64,000 nucleotides of DNA from Muricoprocola sp. (lineage in GTDB: Bacteria; Bacillota; Clostridia; Lachnospirales; Lachnospiraceae), in NCBI GenBank assembly GCA_051879475.1, contig JBJEMC010000013.1:271-64270 (forward strand), given 5' to 3'. The notes beneath the pieces were generated by a model, which searched no databases, was not told the origin of the DNA, and was given only the letters and a program-made list of their open reading frames with translations. The position numbers were made by a program, and so were the translations under genes. Below, in pieces: positions 59,733-64,000 of the stretch (positions within the stretch are counted from its first letter, which is position 1; the number at the start of each line of letters is the position of its first letter).

Positions 59733-59787
59733 TTTCCTCCATATACCATGGGGACGGAGTTTCTCAGTTCTCCGTCCCCAATGACTA

Positions 59788-60171
59788 CTATTTTACTTTT
59801 GCAAGGATTGCTTCTATCACTTCCGGCTTCATTGCCTCATTTACAGAATTGCTCATATCCTGATTTTCTACGATCAGGGCTGATGAACCTTCTGCCAGCA
59901 AGATCGCATGTCTTTCTGCTTTCTCCACAATCAGGATCTCTGTTTGGGAAAGTTCTGTCACCGCATAGTTGCCAGCCTCATCACAAGTTGCCAGCCAGCC
60001 TTTTCCCTTTAAAAGAAGAAAGGCTTCCTGAGAATCCAGATGTCTCCCCCAGTTTTTCAGAGATGGAATACCATTCATTTCTGGTTCATAGGCATGAATG
60101 GCCAGTCTCCAGCCTTCTGAATTGTGCAGTACTTCAAATCCTTTTCTTTTTTCACATGATGTTTTTAACAT
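59788..60171 (-). CDS. Small cupin-fold hypothetical protein
   Basis: GRHLDSQEAFLLLKG...RHAI...LIVEN pattern; start is adjacent to the upstream gene's stop. Confidence 0.6.
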   Translation of the reverse strand: MLKTSCEKRKGFEVLHNSEGWRLAIHAYEPEMNGIPSLKNWGRHLDSQEAFLLLKGKGWLATCDEAGNYAVTELSQTEILIVEKAERHAILLAEGSSALIVENQDMSNSVNEAMKPEVIEAILAKVK

Positions 60172-61233
60172 TTATTTGTCCGCCATTTCTTTTTTCATCA
60201 CTTCACAGGCATCCAGGAAATATCTGATCTGTTTGTCCTCCACATTAGAATCCAGGCCTACACAAGAAATGGAAATCTGTCCTGCTGGATTCATTCCGCC
60301 AATGATCAGGTCTCTGACTTCATCCATGACTTCCTGCTCAGATGCCTTTGCCAGACGAACCGGACTGTAACGTGCATTTAAGAATACATTTGGAAGTACT
60401 TCTCTGACTTTTCTGATATCAGAAAATGCACCAACTTCTGCAAACTTAAGCTGAGGGATCTTACTGTATCCTTCCACAACATGTTCCATGCTTCGTCCAC
60501 AATGGTGGATTCCAAAATTCGGAAATGCATTTGCCAGCTGCTGGTCAAATTCCAACAAGAACTCTTCATAAATCTTATTAGACACCATCTCTACAGAACA
60601 GTTGGAAGTAAGATAATTGCCTGGTACTGTCTGCTGTACGATGGCTGTTACACCTCCGGAAATGTCTTTTGACAGAGCATAGAATCTCTTGCCAATCTCA
60701 ATGGACAGATTGGTAATCTGCTGAAGCAGATGTCTTACTTCATCCGGAGCACTGTAATATGCCATCATAACATCCTGTCCCATGATATCCATGGCAATGT
60801 TCTGAATACCCATCAGGTTTACATGGGACTCTACTCTGCCATATTTGTCCGTCAGATAATCAATCTGCTTCTGTGTTCTTGCCCACACTTCACTCTTATC
60901 AAGATCCGGTGCCATGATATCTTCAATCTGTTCCTCATCCAGACCCATGCAGATCACCTGAGGAGAGTTGTCCGCTTCGTATCTGATCTTACATCCCATG
61001 ATCTCAGAATAAAGGTAACCTGCTGCCAGGAAATCTGTTCCAAGAATCGGTCTCTTCTCCGGATTCTTTTCTCCCAGTCCATAATCTCCAAAATGCTCAT
61101 ACAGGGTCTTCTTCATCTTAAGGTCACATTCCATACGATACTCTGGCTCATCAAAAAATTCCTGCGTAAAATCCACTCCGGCATATTTATGCCACCATGA
61201 AGGGTGGAACGTAATATCATACTTTAAATTCAT
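60172..61233 (-). CDS. Uroporphyrinogen decarboxylase/MtaA-family protein (putative substrate:corrinoid methyltransferase)
   Basis: MVSNKIYEEF, GIHHCG (HxC zinc motif), distal SISC; corrinoid gene context. Confidence 0.7.
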   Translation of the reverse strand: MNLKYDITFHPSWWHKYAGVDFTQEFFDEPEYRMECDLKMKKTLYEHFGDYGLGEKNPEKRPILGTDFLAAGYLYSEIMGCKIRYEADNSPQVICMGLDEEQIEDIMAPDLDKSEVWARTQKQIDYLTDKYGRVESHVNLMGIQNIAMDIMGQDVMMAYYSAPDEVRHLLQQITNLSIEIGKRFYALSKDISGGVTAIVQQTVPGNYLTSNCSVEMVSNKIYEEFLLEFDQQLANAFPNFGIHHCGRSMEHVVEGYSKIPQLKFAEVGAFSDIRKVREVLPNVFLNARYSPVRLAKASEQEVMDEVRDLIIGGMNPAGQISISCVGLDSNVEDKQIRYFLDACEVMKKEMADK

Positions 61234-61271
61234 TCTTATCCTCCTGATTTTTCTTCTTACAACACTGCAAC

Positions 61272-61412
61272 TAACTATTCAGCATCCCATTCGCAAAATC
61301 GCTACTATGTAGCTTTTCTTTTGCTCATGTGATGAATCTCGCCATATAAAGATTCAAAATCCTACATGCAAGCATGCAGATTTATGAATCTTTGCATGGC
61401 TCTGAATAGTTA
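61272..61412. repeat. MITE-like element with 11-bp terminal inverted repeats
   Basis: TAACTATTCAG (61272-61282) and CTGAATAGTTA (61402-61412); the left part recurs at 48254-48288. Confidence 0.75.
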
Positions 61413-62537
61413 GATCATTTCATGAAGCATATTGTACAGTTTTTCCTGTTCTTCCGGAGTCTTACAGTAGGTAACTGCAATCATCTTCTGATTTGGTCTC
61501 CATATTTTCTGAAGCGCTTCAAAACTGTTCTCGCAATTTCCAACTGCACGGCAGTTCAGGATAATTCCTGAGCCCGCAAAACCATCTCCAAATAATTCTG
61601 GTCTGTTTGGTGACGGGTCTGTTTCAATCGTAAACGCTCCGTCTGCCATAAAGATATTGCGGTAACTCTTTACCATTTCAATCTTCTTTTCCCAGACTCC
61701 GCAGGAATGATATACCATACCGCCGAACTCATCTCCAATGCGTTCATCTGCCGGCATAAACAGTTCCTTATAATCATCTGCCTGAATCATAATGGAAGCA
61801 TCATCACTAAGCCCTGCTCCTCTGAACATTCTGCTGCTGGCAAATCCATGTCCGGGGCTTGCCAGAGCATCGCCGATCAGGTCTCTCTGTTTTTTCATGA
61901 AATCAATAAGAAGTGTTGCAGTGAGTTCTGCTACTTCTTTTGTCTCATCCGGGGAATCGATCACTTCCATAAAAAGATCATTCATAGGAAGAAGGTAGGT
62001 CAGCATATTCATCGGTGACTGCAGGTCACTGAAGGATACCGGCACCTTTCCCTTTGTCTTATCCATAAAATACTCGATCATTTCCAGAGTATGTTTTCCT
62101 TCTTTAGTCTGCTCAATCGGAACATAATCTGCATTCAGGATTTCTTCCATGGTGGAAAATTTTGCTTTTACATGAGGTGCCTGTTCCGGCTTCCATTCAT
62201 ACTCTGCGCCAAAGCAAGATGCGATATATCCGATTCCATACCATGGTTCCAGAAAGTTCGCCACATCTGCCTTGTATTTCATACTTTCTTTTAAAGCACC
62301 AAGCTGTAAAGCCAGAGACTCTTTATAATCTGCACATTTATCATAAAATACACCATTTGCACGTACTCTTCTATATACCTGAATACCACTGTCGGCCTCT
62401 ACAAATTTCTTATTTCCTTCCAATAAGGAACTTTCATAATCCTGATATGCATCCAGGTCAAAATCTTCCGGATTGATTGGAAGCACTTCTGTTCCCTGTG
62501 AATCTCGTAACGTAGTATCAAACTTTACTTCTGCCAT
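61410..62537 (-). CDS. Uroporphyrinogen decarboxylase/MtaA-family protein (putative substrate:corrinoid methyltransferase)
   Basis: IASCFGAE, SDLQSP, LSDDA and VYHSCG motifs; corrinoid gene context. Confidence 0.75.
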   Translation of the reverse strand: MAEVKFDTTLRDSQGTEVLPINPEDFDLDAYQDYESSLLEGNKKFVEADSGIQVYRRVRANGVFYDKCADYKESLALQLGALKESMKYKADVANFLEPWYGIGYIASCFGAEYEWKPEQAPHVKAKFSTMEEILNADYVPIEQTKEGKHTLEMIEYFMDKTKGKVPVSFSDLQSPMNMLTYLLPMNDLFMEVIDSPDETKEVAELTATLLIDFMKKQRDLIGDALASPGHGFASSRMFRGAGLSDDASIMIQADDYKELFMPADERIGDEFGGMVYHSCGVWEKKIEMVKSYRNIFMADGAFTIETDPSPNRPELFGDGFAGSGIILNCRAVGNCENSFEALQKIWRPNQKMIAVTYCKTPEEQEKLYNMLHEMI

Positions 62538-62594
62538 TTTGCATCATCCTTTCTTGTTGAAAATCTTTTCATAAGTATATCACCCAATTCCACA

Positions 62595-62631
62595 AAAAGG
62601 CTATTTCACTTTGAGGTAAAATAGCCTTTTT
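62595..62631 (-). terminator. Terminator-like hairpin after dctM
   Basis: AAAAAGGCTATTT...AAATAGCCTTTTT. Confidence 0.7.
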
Positions 62632-62660
62632 ATTGTCATTATATTTCACTTAACAGTTTA

Positions 62661-63965
62661 TCATCCTGCCGCAATCGGCATAATAATATTTGCAAGCGTC
62701 ATAGTAAATGCCGGCCAGTATGTAACGATACCCAGAACAACAAGCATTACTGCGAAGAATGGCAGCAATGTCTTTCCAAGACGTTCGATCGGCACCTTTG
62801 AAATAGCAGAACCGATAAACAGTGTGGATCCTACAGGAGGAGTTACAAGACCTATACCAAGGTTCAGGATCATGATACATCCGAACTGAACAGGATCTAC
62901 ACCGATCTGCTGTGCGATTGGAAGCAGGATTGGTGTGAGAAGAAGAATGTTACAGCTCATATCCATCATAGTACCAAAGATCAGCATGATGATGTTCATC
63001 AACAGAAGGATCAGATACTTGTTATCTGTTATACCAAGAATTGCACCTGCAATGATCTGCGGAACCTTCAGGTATGTCAGACACCAGGAGAAAGCACTGG
63101 ATGTCGCGATCAGGATCAGAACAATTGCCAATGTATTTAAGGCACGTTCCAGAACCTGCCAGAATCCTTTCAGTGTCAGTCTCTTGTAGATAAATGCGCC
63201 ACAGAAAATAGCCCATACAACAGCGATTGCTGCAGATTCTGTTGCTGTAAAGATACCGGCAACAACACCTACTACTACGATCAGGACAGTCATAAGGCCC
63301 CAGATTGCATCACCAAAAGTCTTAATGCAATGCTTCAGATCAAACTTGTCTCCCTTTGGATACTGTTTCTTTACAGAAATGACATAGCTGTAAATCATCA
63401 GTGCAATTCCAAGAAGAATACCAGGCATGTATCCGGCAATGAAAAGACGTCCTACAGAAACACTTCCTGCAACGGTTGCATAAATAACCATATTATGGCT
63501 AGGAGGGATCAGAATACCCTGTACAGAGGATGTCATGGTTACGTTAGCAGCAAAATCATCATCATATCCCTGTTCCACCATCATAGGGATCAGGATGGTT
63601 CCAAGAGATGCACAGTCAGCAGCAGAAGATCCAGAGATACCTCCAAAGAACATGGATGCCACAATATTAACCATGGCAAGGCCGCCGCGCATCCATCCTA
63701 CTAAAGCATTAGACAATTCTATCAGCTTATCCGATATACCGCCTTCCCCCATCAGTTCACCGGCCAGGATAAAGAATGGTACGGCCATCAGAGAGAAACT
63801 GAACACACCTTTTACCATCAGCTGGACTACCTGCTGAAGATTCAGCTGCATATAGATCATACCTACAACAGAAGCAATACCGATTGCATAAGCAATTGGA
63901 AAACTTAAGATAATAAAGATAAAAAATAACGCAATCAGAATGATAATAGCGGTTGTTTCATTCAT
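62661..63965 (-). CDS. dctM: TRAP transporter large permease (paralog of 33129..34436)
   Basis: FSLMAVPFF, GGISGSSAAD, PPSHNMVIY, FTATESAA and GLVTPPVG motifs. Confidence 0.93.
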   Translation of the reverse strand: MNETTAIIILIALFFIFIILSFPIAYAIGIASVVGMIYMQLNLQQVVQLMVKGVFSFSLMAVPFFILAGELMGEGGISDKLIELSNALVGWMRGGLAMVNIVASMFFGGISGSSAADCASLGTILIPMMVEQGYDDDFAANVTMTSSVQGILIPPSHNMVIYATVAGSVSVGRLFIAGYMPGILLGIALMIYSYVISVKKQYPKGDKFDLKHCIKTFGDAIWGLMTVLIVVVGVVAGIFTATESAAIAVVWAIFCGAFIYKRLTLKGFWQVLERALNTLAIVLILIATSSAFSWCLTYLKVPQIIAGAILGITDNKYLILLLMNIIMLIFGTMMDMSCNILLLTPILLPIAQQIGVDPVQFGCIMILNLGIGLVTPPVGSTLFIGSAISKVPIERLGKTLLPFFAVMLVVLGIVTYWPAFTMTLANIIMPIAAG

Positions 63966-64000
63966 TATTTATCAACCCCCTTACCTAATTCTTCCGGTGG
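63965..64000 (-). CDS. 3' end of the upstream gene, probably a TRAP small permease (partial)
   Basis: ...PPEELGKGVDK*; the stop overlaps the dctM start (TAATG). Identity inferred from position only. Confidence 0.5.
   Translation of the reverse strand, partial: PPEELGKGVDK

Noticed and set aside
60172-62537. Annotation as true uroporphyrinogen decarboxylase (hemE)
   Set aside because: The HemE N-terminal RQAGR motif is absent, HxC zinc-type motifs are present, and the context is methyl transfer rather than heme synthesis.
52141-62660. Cobalamin riboswitch in the corrinoid cluster
   Set aside because: No B12-box was recognisable in the intergenic gaps. An Infernal search would be needed to exclude it fully.
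13516-63837. Numerous plus-strand ORFs of 60-190 aa antisense to minus-strand genes
   Set aside because: They are shadow ORFs of well-supported genes, with no recognisable motifs.

Overview
A 64-kb chromosomal segment from a Bacillota gut anaerobe. Gene content and repeat style suggest Lachnospiraceae; this is inferred, not proven. Almost all genes are on the minus strand. From left to right: (1) 1-3.4 kb, mobile or defence debris: a 5'-truncated AAA/DUF4143 ATPase joined to a DUF6431 transposon remnant, an Rpn-family nuclease and an orphan Rpn C-terminal module. (2) 3.7-13.1 kb, an AT-rich cell-surface island: three mosaic secreted paralogs, an SH3 protein, an Ig-like/C39 peptidase, an HTH regulator frameshifted by one extra ATGGG unit, an AlgI/AlgJ-like O-acetylation pair and an acyltransferase-3. 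(3) 13.2-13.5 kb, five palindromic units at 53-54 bp spacing. (4) 13.5-48 kb, mostly housekeeping and transport: metY, an amino-acid symporter, a second Rpn-like gene with another orphan module, a nucleoside ABC transporter, deoC, ppaC, an S1 protein, a probable uronate TRAP transporter with a two-component system and extra binding protein, glgB, a sortase-anchored protein, ferritin/Bfd, and a candidate csRNA-like small RNA at about 27.2 kb. (5) 48.3-64 kb, the best candidate for an undescribed system: a complete cobalamin-dependent methyl-transfer cluster with two URO-D/MtaA-family enzymes, a corrinoid protein, a pterin-binding methyltransferase, a RamA/RACE activator, DUF362, DUF2284, a second corrinoid protein next to a PucR regulator, and a probable corrinoid ABC importer. 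It is co-oriented with a TRAP transporter paralogous to the uronate-type one, which suggests O-demethylation of a methylated sugar acid. A REP/MITE-like family is scattered through the window. No rRNA, tRNA, CRISPR-cas genes or recognisable riboswitch were seen. All family assignments come from motif recognition; no database searches were run.
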